Assembly (NCBI GenBank): GCA_030324005.1
Contig: JARDVH010000154.1
Span: 30,268,212 to 30,332,211 of the forward strand
Reading direction: 5' to 3'
DNA length: 64,000 bases
Origin: Negaprion brevirostris
Taxonomy: Eukaryota
Part shown: piece after piece, positions 1-11,149 of the stretch
Layout: each line of letters opens with the position of its first letter
Position numbering within the stretch: position 1 is the stretch's first letter
The notes under the pieces: generated by a model
Told to the model about the DNA's origin: nothing
What the model saw: only the letters and a program-made list of their open reading frames with translations
The model's database searches: none
Position numbers and translations under genes: made by a program

Positions 1-579
1 GTTTAAAACTTGGCAAGCCATGTTGCAGCTTTATATAACCTTAGGCCGCACTTGGAATATAGTGTTTGATTCTGGTCGCCCCACTTCCAGAAGAATGTGG
101 AGGCTTTGGAGAGGGTACAGAGATTTACCAGGATGCTGCCTGGTATGGAGGGCATTAGCTATAAGGAGAGGTTGGAGAAACTTGGTTTGTTCTCACTAGA
201 ATGACAGAAGTTGAGGGGCAACCTGATAGAAGTCTACAAGATTGAGAGGCATGGACAGAGTGGATAGCCAGAAGCTTTTTCCCAGGATGGAAGAGTCAGT
301 TACTAGGGGGCACTAATTTTAAGGTGCGAGGGGCAAGCTTTAAAGGCAGATTTTTTACAGAAAGGGTGGTGGCTGTCTGGAACTTGTTGCCGGAGGAGTT
401 AGTGGAAGCGGATATGGTAGTGACTTTTAAGGGGCATCTTGACACACACGAATAGGATGGGAAAGAGTAATATGGTCCCTGGAAGGGTAGAAGGTTTTGG
501 TTACGTTGGGCAGCATGGTTGGTTCCGGCTTGGAGGGTCAAAGGTTCCGTTCCTGTGCTGTAATTTTCTTTGTTCTTTG
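1..579 (+). mobile_element. CR1/HER1-type LINE 3' fragment (end of ORF2 + 3'UTR)
   Basis: Degenerate ...LVRPHLEY...FWSPH...LERVQ(R)RFTRMLPG-type coding, then 3'UTR ending in (TTCTTTG)n. Confidence 0.9.
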
Positions 580-750
580 CATAACTTGGTCCCATGATAA
601 TAAGCGATTCTATGTTAACCATACAGTTTATCTTGAAATATAGAGATTAAAATTAAGAGTAATATGTGAACCAGTAATAATAGCAGATTTGAAACTAAGG
701 TATTTTTAAATTAACTTTTATTTTACATTCATTCAAGTGACAGACATTTA

Positions 751-850
751 AGCAAAATATTGCGGATGCTGAAATGTGAAACAGGATCAGAGACTGGTAG
801 GGAGGGAAGACAGAGTTAATATTTTGAGTCCATTTGGTTCTTTGTCAGAT
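751..850. mobile_element. Penelope-like element tail fragment
   Basis: agcaaaatattgcggatgctgaaatgtgaaa...gacagagttaatattttgagtcc resembles the shark PLE tail also seen at 7355-7400 and 8528-8680. Confidence 0.55.
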
Positions 851-1543
851 CTAAACAAAGGGAGAAATGTGTTAGATATTAAAGTGTAGCTGTGAGAGAT
901 TGCAGTAAAATGTAGCAATTTTAAGAGCAAAAGACCTGGAAGAGTGGGTGGGGTATTACATTGAGGCAATGGATACATGGAATATTTAAAATATATTTAA
1001 TGTTGGGAATTAATAAATTAGTTTCACGTATAAAACTTACAGCCAGCAGAAAGCAGGTTTTCTTGCCAAAAGCACAGAACTGGATTCAAATCTACCTTAA
1101 AAATTGGTCTGATGTGCCACCCAGATCCTCAGGAACTTGTTCTTTACTCTGACCTCTTTCTCAACTTTCCTGTTGACTTGGCACCATTAACGAAGAATGT
1201 TGACAAGCTATCCACTAAGGATGCCGTGAGAATTTATTTAGCAGCTATGCATGATCTTGCAACTCTTAGCGGAATTAATGCATCACATCTACTTTGGATT
1301 CTACTGCATTTGTACAGATCTTACACCATCTGCTGCTGGATCTGAATCTGTTAGCAGCGAAGACAAAGGCTGTTGAACATTCCTTTTGGGAAAGGACTCT
1401 CTTGGTGTAATTCTTGCTGATTGCAATACTTGAAAAATGTGCAGCTTTTTTCCATTTGCAAATTGGGCTTGCATAGAGTTTCTCACCTGAAGTGAAAGCG
1501 ATGGTCCATTCCACTTCCATTTGTTGCAGATGTAAGGAAGAGC

Positions 1544-2270
1544 TTTAATTTTATATGACATTATTCACAACACCAGGACATTTGAAAATGCCCCATTGAT
1601 TGCTTTCAAAGTGTAGTCACCATTATAATGTGGACAAATATGGCAACTCGTTAATGGACGGTAAGATTTGACAAAAAATATTTTAAAAAGGCATAATAAA
1701 TAGGAGCAAGAGTAAGCTATTCAGTTTTTTGAACTTGCTCTGCCATTTAATACAGCCATGGCACATGATCTGCCTTGATTCCATTTTTCCTCATTTTCCT
1801 TGCATCTTTGTGTCCAAAAATCGATTGTTCTCTCTCGAATAGATGCAGTGATTGAGCATTTACAATCCTGTGGGATAAGGACTTCTAATGATCCACAATA
1901 TTTTGAATGAATAAGAGTCTCCTTGTTTTGATCCTAAATGATCAACAGCTTATTCTGAGACTGAACCCTTTTAAATTTCCCATCCAGGAGAAACATCATG
2001 AGTAAAATAATTAAATAATTTGTTTCAGTAATATTGGTTGATCGAGAGCTAAGTGTTGTCCAGCGTATTGGAGAAACCCCATGCCTTTCCTGTAGTGTCA
2101 ATTGACTTTTACTTGTCCAACTGAAGAAAGGTGAGACTTTGGTTTAACATTTCATCCGAAAATATCAATCTCTCAACACTGATGTGTCAGTCTAGGTCAC
2201 GTACTGAAGTCTCTGGAATGGGCTGGAATTCATGCTCATTTAACTTGAGAAGTGAGTGTTCTACCATAAT
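1544..2270 (-). mobile_element. DeuSINE (SacSINE1/AmnSINE1-like), split by a CR1 3' fragment at ~1692-1997
   Basis: Deu-core-like motifs tttcaaagtgtagtcaccattataatg and ggtttaacatttcatccgaaa...gtgtcagtctagg...aagtctctggaatggg; intervening segment is a minus-strand CR1 3' end. Confidence 0.7.
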
Positions 2271-2296
2271 CTATTTGAAGCCAAAGTACAATTGTA

Positions 2297-2634
2297 GAAA
2301 CCCTACAGTACAGAAAGAGGCCATTTGGCCCATCGAATCTGCACTGACCACAAACCCACCCAGGCCCAAACCCCCCCGCCCCTGTCCATACATAACTACC
2401 CACTAATCCCTCTAANNNNNNNNNNNNNNNNNNNNNNNNNNNNNNATTTAGCATGGTCAATCAACCGCACCTGCACATCTTTGGACTGTGGGAGGAAACC
2501 GGAGCACCTGGAGGAAATCCATGCAGACACGAGGAGAATGTCCAAACTCCACACAAACGGTGGTCCAAGCTGGGAATTGAACCCAGGTCCCTGGAGCAGT
2601 GAAGCAGCAGTGCGAACTGCTGTGCTACCGTGCC
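2297..2634 (-). mobile_element. HE1-type tRNA-derived V-SINE
   Basis: V-domain core cacatctttggactgtgggaggaaaccggagcacctggaggaaa, B-box-containing head (ttgaacccagg) and CR1-like tail (gaggccatttggcccatcga). Confidence 0.9.
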
Positions 2635-2744
2635 ACTGTGTATATCTGTGTAGGGTGAAACTCCATGTTCTATAACAGGTTTGTGTAAGAACATGGTTCC
2701 TTTTAATCTGAGTTCACTATATAGAATAAATTGGGGGCCTTTAT

Positions 2745-2888
2745 GGGCAAATTTTTCTGGCCGCACTTGCCCCAAGGCCGGAAAAACCCCCCGAAGTTGA
2801 AAAATTCCCCAAAGTCAACATAACTTTGCGTGGTCTGTGTCCTGCCCACTTTGATTCCCATGGTGGATGGGATGGGAAAATTCCGGCC
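2745..2888. mobile_element. Short non-autonomous DNA transposon (MITE)
   Basis: Imperfect TIRs gggcaaatttttc / gaaaattccggcc; related copy at 12291-12415. Confidence 0.6.
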
Positions 2889-3079
2889 GTTGTTTTATCT
2901 AACAGATAAGTATGGTTAGTGCATTAATACTTTTGTTTTCTTTTATTTTTGGCGCAAGGATCAATTCAGTCCATTTGATTAGTTAAAATATACGTGACTG
3001 TTGGCCTGTGTAAATTAATGGGGTGTTGTGTAAGTTATCTAATAAAGGAAATATTTTTAAAATAAAAATTGTAGGGGAC

Positions 3080-3280
3080 TGGGTGGTGTAATGTACCTAC
3101 ACTTAAGCTCTCAGCACTGGGGTTGAATGCAGACCATGTGGAATGATAATCTGTATTTGCTGCTTGCATTTGAGGATCGTGCATGAAATTGTTGCCTGCT
3201 CATGCTAGTTCCCCTTGTGGCAGCAGTCCCAAAATGAACAAGTATCATGAATTGGCATTACACTGGCAGCTCCATCACCC
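3080..3280 (+). mobile_element. Ancient tRNA-SINE remnant, LF-SINE-like
   Basis: Ordered motifs ggttgaatgcagacc ... catgaaat ... ctagttcccc..gtgg ... aattggcattacactggcagctc resemble a recalled LF-SINE consensus; highly diverged. Confidence 0.35.
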
Positions 3281-4115
3281 ACCATAATGGTTACAGTGGG
3301 AAATTGATGCACACAGTTCACCAGGGTGTTTTTCTGCATTTGGGACAAAGCCGTTTCTTACTGAGAGCAGCAAGAAAGGAACTTGGACCTGTTATGTTTC
3401 CGTGTTGTCAAAGTGAGTGTACTGGCTGCAATCTTTCCAATTTTTTTCTCCATCTCAGTGGAGAAATTTCTTTTCTCCCTGGAGGGTTGCACACGTTTGA
3501 ATGTGACACTGAAGACCACAATTATACAACGTCCTATAGCATTCTGTCACCTTTACTTTCTGTTTAAGCCTATATTTGTTTTCAAATCTGAGTTTGTACC
3601 TGTCAAATGAAAATATGTGCTCTGGCTCACGTTCAGACTTTTCCAGGATTCTGCAGCTTTTGTCTTTCACGTTCAAATTTTCCAGCCTGCATGTAAATGC
3701 AAGGAGAAATAGTTGTTGCCACTTTTACAGCGATGCTGGCCTGTTGTCCAATTTAAACCTTTATCCTTTAGAACAGGATGTCCCATCAGGATGCAATTCC
3801 AAGTCCGATCTTTTGGAATTGGTGGAATAAGAACTGATGCACTTGTACAGTGTTATGGATGCGCATTTTCCTGTTTCTTTCCTCTCCTGCTTAGTCGTAG
3901 TTTTGTGGGTTCTAACAACCTCAGATAATTTTATCTAATAACTCATTCAGTCTCTGACTATCAGCTGAATGATTGCATAGGACATTAAATCTAAACCTAA
4001 CAGATATATTCCAGCAGTGGTTATTGCATAAGATTGGAGTTTGTGAACTTGGACTGATGGACACAGTGAGGCCAGTTGCAGGCCAATTGATGCCTTGTTC
4101 AAATGGTTTAACTTA

Positions 4116-4485
4116 GTTGTTGTTGTTGGTCCATTGTCCTCGATGAGGACCTCGACACCATTAGTCATTTTGAGGCTGGATGCGGTGTGTCCAGAGATGA
4201 CTGATCTCTGTGACTACAGCTCCCAGAGTATGCACCTGCTGCTTCGTCACTCTCCCAACGCCACAGGATTTCAAAGGTTGAACAGAACGACGATGATGGT
4301 ATTGAGACCAGCGCTTGATTTGGATTAAAGTGAGGGAGAGTTGCGCAGTGTCAGTCTCGCTCTCTGTTCCCAATTCCCATCTGGATCCAGTGGCAAGACG
4401 AGTCGAGACGGCTGGAAGTTGAACTAGACCCATTGGATGACCAGGACGTCTTCTGTGTCTTGTCCTGCTCTTCGCGTTCCACAAT
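4116..4485 (-). mobile_element. RTE-related non-LTR fragment (tentative)
   Basis: CpG-retaining block beginning with (GTT)n and containing ctggatccagtggcaagacgagtcgagacggctgg. Confidence 0.4.
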
Positions 4486-4825
4486 ACCAGCAGACTGCAG
4501 TTAAAACAGGAACTTATCCATTGAGCTATTTTAAAAGTTGTGCCTCTTCAAATGCTTGAAGATGATTCTTGAAAAATGAAAGTTTTTGTTGCCTCCTGAG
4601 AGATGTGCCTTTCGTCGTAACACTATGACAACAATGTTGGTATTAGAAGTCTTTGTTCTTTCCACCACTTGATGAGAAGATAGTTGTTGTCTTCCAGTCC
4701 ATTTTGTAATTTAATAAATATGGTGAAGTCCAGAACTGCTCACGTGCTTGGAGAGGAAGATTTTGGATTATTTCACGATGACTAGCAATAGAGTTAGGAA
4801 GAAGCATTTTAAGAAGGCTTAGATA

Positions 4826-4905
4826 TTTGCATTTATATAGCATCTTTCATGACCTCAGGAAGTCCCAAAATATTTTACAGCCAATTAAGTACTTTTGAAA
4901 TCACT
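4826..4905 (-). mobile_element. DeuSINE (SacSINE1-like) 3' tail fragment
   Basis: ttgcatttatatagcatctttcatgacctcaggaagtcccaaa...ttacagccaattaagtacttttgaa. Confidence 0.65.
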
Positions 4906-5060
4906 TTAAATATAGAGCGTATAAGAAGGTCCAGCTTAACTTCTACTGTTACACATTAATCCTGAAATGGCTGAATACAAAATGAGTGGTAACTGTCTTC
5001 ATGATATTTGGACATGTTTCTACCATGAATGTGACAGGCTGAAAGCCATATGAATACATT

Positions 5061-5502
5061 GGGCTGAATTTTTGATTTGCTATCGGTACCCATTATTGGG
5101 TGAATTTCCAGGCCTCACCAAGAGCAAGCCAATTAGTAACTAGGGTCTGGGCTCGACAAGTAAGGAGAGCAGGTGAGCTCCTGAGGCTGGATGGCCATTG
5201 GCCATCAGAGTTGGACGCTAGCAGTGCAGGCAGAGGAGAGAGAGTGAGTGCATGCCTCAAGATGGAAGCAAACTTTGACAAGGATTTAAAATTGTTTTAT
5301 ATTTAAAAACAGCCACAGATGCCAGGCTGTCATCTTTGAGGAGCAACCCTCAGCTGTGCTTTGGCCATGTAGGTGCGTGGTGGGGGTTGAGTTTCCTTGA
5401 TATGGAGCGTGAAAATTCCAGTTGGCACGTGGAGACTGGCTTCAGTGGGCTGTTTTAATTGACCTAATTGTCTGCAAGAACTGGCTGGAACAAAATAGGT
5501 CC
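5061..5502. mobile_element. Non-autonomous DNA transposon (MITE-like)
   Basis: Starts gggctgaattttt and ends aaaataggtcc (imperfect TIR), GC-richer interior. Confidence 0.4.
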
Positions 5503-5975
5503 TACCTTTGTGGCCATTCAAACATTTGCTGCTTCATGACTGACAATATTGCAGATTTTCCATTGACATTCAAAATGCAGCTTCATGTTGTTTGAGGATA
5601 CCTTTAGCTTTGTGGTGAAATGATTGGTATTTATTTTTTTCTCTCTTTATGCTGCAGAACACAATCTCCAAAGGCTGACTTTTCAGATTGAGCTGCTTTC
5701 ATTTTGCTGATGTATAAACATTGCGGATCGAAAATAGACAAATCTGAATGTAATGTCATCCTGTGCAAGAAAAATCCTTGTTCCCCATGCTTGGAATACT
5801 GTCATGTCATGTTGGCTCTGATTTTTGGCTGCTTTAGCCATAAATTGTGATTGTGGAAGATTCTTTTTTCTTTTGTTATTTCCTTTGTACTAGGTATTAC
5901 TCCAGACAGTGGAGGCATTTCCCCCTGATTCACGTTCCAATTTTGCTATGGCTCCTTGATACCATATTCGGTCAG

Positions 5976-6925
5976 ATGTTGCCTTGATAAGGGCCATCAC
6001 TCTGAGCTCATCTCTGAAATTCAAATCTTTTCTCCGTGTTTGGGCCAAAGCTGTAATGAGGCCTGAATGGCTCAGGCGAAACCCCAAACTGAGCATCAGT
6101 AAGCAGGTACTGCTGAGTAAGTGCTGCTTGACAGCACTGTTGACACCTTTCATCACTGTTGATGTTCGAGAGTAGACTGATGGGGTGATAACTGGCTTTA
6201 TTGTGTTTGTCTTTTTTTTTGTGGATTGGTCATANNNNNNNNNNNNNNNCACGTCGCTGTGTAGATGCTAATGTTGTAGGTATTCTGGAACAGCTTGGCT
6301 ACGTGTGCAGCTAATTCAGGAGCTTCAGCTTCAGGGCTGTTGCTGGAATGTTATCAGGGCCACAGTCTTTGCAATATCCAATACCTTCAGCCATTTCATG
6401 ATATCAGGTAAAGTGCATCGAATTGGTTGAAGACTGATGCTGGGGTCCTCATCAGGAGAAGGCCCAGATGGATTATCCATGTGTTACTTCTAGCTGAAGA
6501 TTGCTGATGCTTAGCCTTATGATGTACTCGGCTCCCTCATCTTTGAAGATGGAGATATTTGCGGTGCCTCCTCCTTCATTTATTTAATTATCCAACACCT
6601 TTCATGGCTGGATGTGGCAGGATTGCAGAGCTTAGATCTGATCAACTGGGGGCCCGTAAGCGCAGGCAGCATGCAATGGATAATACTGTTCGGCCTGCAA
6701 GTCGTCCTGTTTTGCAGCTTAAAGATGACACTTCTGCTTTCTTCGCATGCCCTCCTGCACTCCTTATTGAACCAAGGTTGATAGCCCGGCTTGATCGTCA
6801 TGGTAGATTGGGGGATATGCAGAGCNNNNNNNNNNGCCATGAGGTTATAGATTGTAGTTGAATACATTGCTGCTGTTGATGACTCCCAGCATCATATGGA
6901 TGTTGTGTTTTGCATTGCAAGTTCT
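5976..6925 (-). mobile_element. Second non-LTR retrotransposon family (CR1/L2 group), ORF2 fragment
   Basis: Minus strand encodes degenerate RT (..LTPVITPSVYSRTSTVMKGV..KQHLLSS.CLL..; ELRV.AL.IKA.(F)DR.W.QG); same family at 14250, 31020, 45670-48680, 54140, 56020. Confidence 0.8.
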
Positions 6926-7410
6926 GAAATCTTCACACACAAGTTTGGCTTTTGTTCTGTGACATATAAAAGTTGCACAGATAAATCTGATTTTTGTTCC
7001 CTTTTAAATGGATCTTCATAGTTTTAATTTTTGGTCCATACTTTGTGATCTGTGAAACCAGATTAGTTAATTTTGGAGCTAAAGTAGTAACTAAATATGG
7101 CTAATTGAATTTACTTGAGGGTATTGCTGTCAGGTGGTTGTAGAGCAAGAACATTAAATTGCCAGTTTTTGCTGACTTGTCTTGGATCTCGTTTCCTAGT
7201 GTACTGATATTTTTAAACCTGTTGACATGCTATAGTTGTGTAGATTATTTTCTATTTCTACATTAGACTTGAATTATTTTCTGCTTAAGTATAATCTAAA
7301 AAAAATTAAAATTATTCAAGATAGCAAAATTTTCTTGCAAAATGTTACATAACTAAAAATAGAAAATGCTAGGTATACAGAGCAGGTCAGACAGTGTCTG
7401 TAACGGATTA

Positions 7411-7815
7411 TAGAATCCCTACAGTGCAGGAGGAGGCTATTCGACCTTTTGAGTCTGCACTTACCCACAATCCCATCCAAGCCCTATTCCCGTAATCCCA
7501 CATACATACCCTACTAATCCCATGACGGTCAATTTAGCATGGCCAGTCAACCTAAACTGTACATTTTTGGACTGTGGGAGGAAACCCATGCAGACACGGG
7601 GGAGAATGTGCAAACTCCAAGCAGACAGTGAACTGAATTGGAATTGAACTCTAGTCCCTTGGCACTGTGAGGCAGCAGTGCTAACCACTGTGCCACTGTA
7701 CTGCCCTGGAGTCCCTTGGTGCTGTGAGGCAGCAGTGCTAACCACTGTACTGCCCTGGAGTCCCTTGGTGCTGTGAGGCAGCAGTGCTAACCACTGTGCC
7801 ACTGTACTGCCCTGG
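7411..7815 (-). mobile_element. HE1-type V-SINE with triplicated tRNA head
   Basis: Tail and V core as in other HE1 copies; head unit repeated three times at 7653-7815. Confidence 0.9.
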
Positions 7816-8527
7816 ATCTGGAAGATGCATCTGGAGGATTGAGCAGCAAGTACAGAACCAAAGGAGGAAAAAATAAAGGAAGGATGGGAGTAAGTGTAGG
7901 AAAGAAGGAAAGGAAAGATCTGTGTTAGGCGGAGGGCAGTGCTGATTAAATTAATGATTCTTAAGACTTGTGCCCAAAGGCTGTGGGGTGGTGGGGGAGG
8001 TGCGGGGGCAGGAGAGGTTGGAGTTGCAGAGCCCTTGCAAGAGAGCCTACTGCAGCATTAGCTCAGGGTGCAATAGTTGACCATCAAGTGTGTTATGGCC
8101 GGCGACATGCTTGGCTCCCACTTCCTGTTCTCTCCTAATCTTCTCCAGGCTCCTGCAGGTCTTCTGTCATGCTTCCTCCATATTCTGCTCTTTGTGTTCT
8201 GTCAAGGATAGACAGGGAGCACAATGAGAAGCTGACACCGTTTACCTGCAAGTCACTATCTATTTTCTTAAAAGCATTATTAAAAGAGCACATGCAGTGC
8301 TTTCGTATTGTGAGTATTATTGTATTATAATTTGGATGCGATTCTGTGGACACCAATTTGTTTGAAAAGAGGTCCTTCAATAAAAAAGGTTTCAGAATTT
8401 CTGGATTTATTGACCTTTAGTGGTGATGCTGCCAGGCAGAAAAGGTGGGTGATGGGTACAAGGAAAGAAACACAAGCTCGATCCAGAGAAGATAGCAACA
8501 GCAAGAGAATAATTACCAAGTCTTTAC

Positions 8528-8680
8528 AAAAGCAAAATCATCCACTGCTGGAAATCTGAAATAATAGAAACAGCTGGAAATACTAAGTTGGCCAAGCAGC
8601 ATCTGTGGAGAGAGAAATAGGCCAGTGACCTTGAAAAGATGCTGCGCAATGCTGAATATTTCCACCATTTTCTGCTTTTC
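8528..8680. mobile_element. Penelope-derived inverted-tail element
   Basis: gaaacagctggaaatactaag...gcagcatct and agatgctgc...gctgaatatttccaccattttct are imperfect inverted arms. Confidence 0.55.
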
Positions 8681-9339
8681 TATCACTTTACCAGCACCCT
8701 TTGACTGGGGAAAGGGGAGTGAGGGGTGCGGGGCGAGGGCACCTTTGGATTTGTTTTTCCCCTCTCAATCCAAATTTTTTTNNNNNNNNNNNNNNNNNNN
8801 NNNNNNNNNNNNNNNNNNNNNNNNNNNNNNNNNNNNNNNNNNNNNNNNNNNNNNNNNNNNNNNNNNNNNNNNNNNNNNNNNCACCTTTGGATTTGTTTTT
8901 CCCCTCTCAATGTGCATATTTTGGAAAGATAACATCTGGCAAAACAAACTTTATCAAATATGTTGAAGTATTAAGAAAGTAAACAATTTCTGAGCAATGT
9001 CAAGGCATTAATTTGATAAGTTTAAAAAAAACTAGGTAGAGTAAATGTATATGTGTACCTGGCTCATTCAGTCTTGAGTTACTCGCTTGCTCAGGGCAAG
9101 TGGGTGTGTGCTGATGTGGGATGATCAGAGCGAGTGAGAAACTTGAGACTGGGAGTAAGGCACAAAGTTTCAACCACACACACTGCCTCTCCTCACATGC
9201 CCCCTCACCCCACAAACATACCCATAGTGCTTCTCAGGCCCCGTGGCCTGCCTGCCTCACCCATCCCAACAGCCCCCGTCTGCCCTCAGGGCCACATCTG
9301 ACCAGTGGGCCAATGGATGGACAAGCTTGAGTTAGCGTA

Positions 9340-10478
9340 GGATCTGTCATATGAAAAGTGCGAGAATCCATTATGGTGGTTGTCACTCAGTACTTAGAAA
9401 ATCATAATGTGAGCAGGCAGTCAAAATGGCTTTTTGAAAGAGGAATCATGCCTAAGTAATGGAATTGAGCTTTTCGACAAAGTAACATTCAAGATAGACA
9501 AAGGGAAGCCAGTGGATGTGGTATACTTGGATTTACAAAAAGCATTTACGAAGGTGCCACATCAAAGTTTATTACACAAGATAAGAGGCCATCCTTTAGG
9601 GGGTAATATATTATTATGGATAAGACTGGTTAGCTAACAGCAAGCAGAGACTAGGGATAAATGTCTTTTTTTCAGATTGGCAAGCTGTACTTCATGCCAT
9701 GACATAGGGCTCAGTGCTGCATCCTCAACATTTTATCTATTTCAATACCTTGAATGAAGAGACTGAATGTCTGGTAGCTAAGTTTGATGATGACACCAGA
9801 ATTAAGCTGTCAAGAGGGAGTACATAGGAACATAAGAACATGAGAAATAGGAGCAGGAGTAGGCCATCTAGCCCTTCGNNNNNNNNNNNNNNNNNNNNNN
9901 NNNNNNNNNNNNNNNNNNNNNNNNNNNNNNNNNNNNNNNNNNNNNNNNNNNNNNNNNNNNNNNNNNNNNNNNNNNNNNNNNNNNNNNNNNNNNNNNNNNN
10001 NNNNNNNNNNNNNNNNNNNNNNNNNNNNNNNNNNNNNNNNNNNNNNNNNNNNNNNNNNNNNNNNNNNNNNNNNNNNNNNNNNNNNNNNNNNNNNNNNNNN
10101 NNNNNNNNAATGTCTACAATTGTTGAGGCTCTGAATTTGACTTGATTTGATTGAATTGGAATAAAAACAAAAAAAATCTGTGTTCTGCTACCTGAATCTC
10201 TGTTATTATGCCGATGCAGTGGATGATTAGGAATGTTGGTATTTATTGCAAGAGGAATTCAATATAAAAAGGAAGTTTATTGCAGTTGTACAGTGCCTTG
10301 GTGATTCTGCACCTAGAGTACTGTGTACAGTTTTGGCTTCTTAATTTGAAAAATAATAGCTGCTTCAGAAATAGTTCAGAGAAGGTTCATTTGACTAATT
10401 TCTGGGCAGTCAGACTTACCTTATGAAGAACAGTTAAACAGGTTGGACTATACCCACTCCGTTTAGAAGAATGGGAGG
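9340..10478 (+). mobile_element. CR1 LINE RT fragment interrupted by younger insertions and a gap
   Basis: ORF 9434-9637 ..IDKGKPVDVVYLDLQKAFTKVPH.. is CR1 RT; resumes at ~10205 (LHLEYCVQFW). Confidence 0.85.
10109..10176 (+). mobile_element. 3' end of the U2-headed SINE-like family (second copy)
   Basis: aatgtc..aa.ttgttgag.ctctgaatt.gacttgatttgatt..ggaataaaaacaaaaaaaa matches 39807-39871; 5' part lies in an N gap. Confidence 0.85.
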
Positions 10479-11149
10479 TGAACTTATTGGGCCTGAACTC
10501 CCATGGAATGGCAGTTGGAGTCGAATTGCCACTGTGCTCCTACTTTGTCACCTGGAAATCTTTCCGATCCAGTCATTCTGACCTTCCAGCTTCCAACCCT
10601 GCGAGAACCTGCCAGGGCAGCGTGCTCTGGAGGCCTTCAACCAAACGCTGCAGAATTAGCTGAAGGTGGCCACACCCCCTTTTTATGACACTGGCTAAAT
10701 TTAAAAATCAATTTGGGAGAAGTAGATTTCTCGGGTAAATTGTTAGAATTTTCGAGAGGGGTGATGGGTCACATAGGTCGGACAGCAAATGGGGGCATGG
10801 AGATGGTGGAGCATTCAGTCAGGGGTGGGCAGTGGGCTGGTCAGACTGTTGGGGGGGGGAACTAGGAGGTGGACCTGGTACTTCGGGGGTTGGGGTGATG
10901 GTGAGTCTCCTGAGGATTTGGGAGCTAGTGGTCAGTCCTCTTGGGGTTTGGAGGAGGCTGGGAGCGAGTGTGATGATGAGTTCCCTGAGGGTTGGGGGGG
11001 TAGTGGTCAGTCCGTTGATGGTTATAACAAAGAAAGGGACAGAGAAGTGGGAGCGATATGGCAAAATAAAATGGCACATGACTTGAAACTTAGAGTCATG
11101 TTCAGTATTCAGCAAAGCAATCACTTAATTTGCATTTGGCCTCCCCAGA

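Noticed and set aside
1130-1520. Non-repeat block with exon-like composition
   Set aside because: No recognisable protein in any frame and no coherent splice pair.
3330-3930. Cluster of overlapping short ORFs
   Set aside because: Stops in all frames, no recognisable domain.
7653-7815. CRISPR-like array or tRNA genes
   Set aside because: No spacers; units are SINE head copies in a eukaryotic genome.
8740-8910. cacctttggatttgttttt.ccctctcaat repeated across a gap
   Set aside because: Gap-flanking duplication; cannot be separated from assembly artefact.
10790-11005. G-rich tract with overlapping ORFs / G-quadruplex potential
   Set aside because: Low-complexity interior typical of an interspersed repeat; no specific evidence of function.
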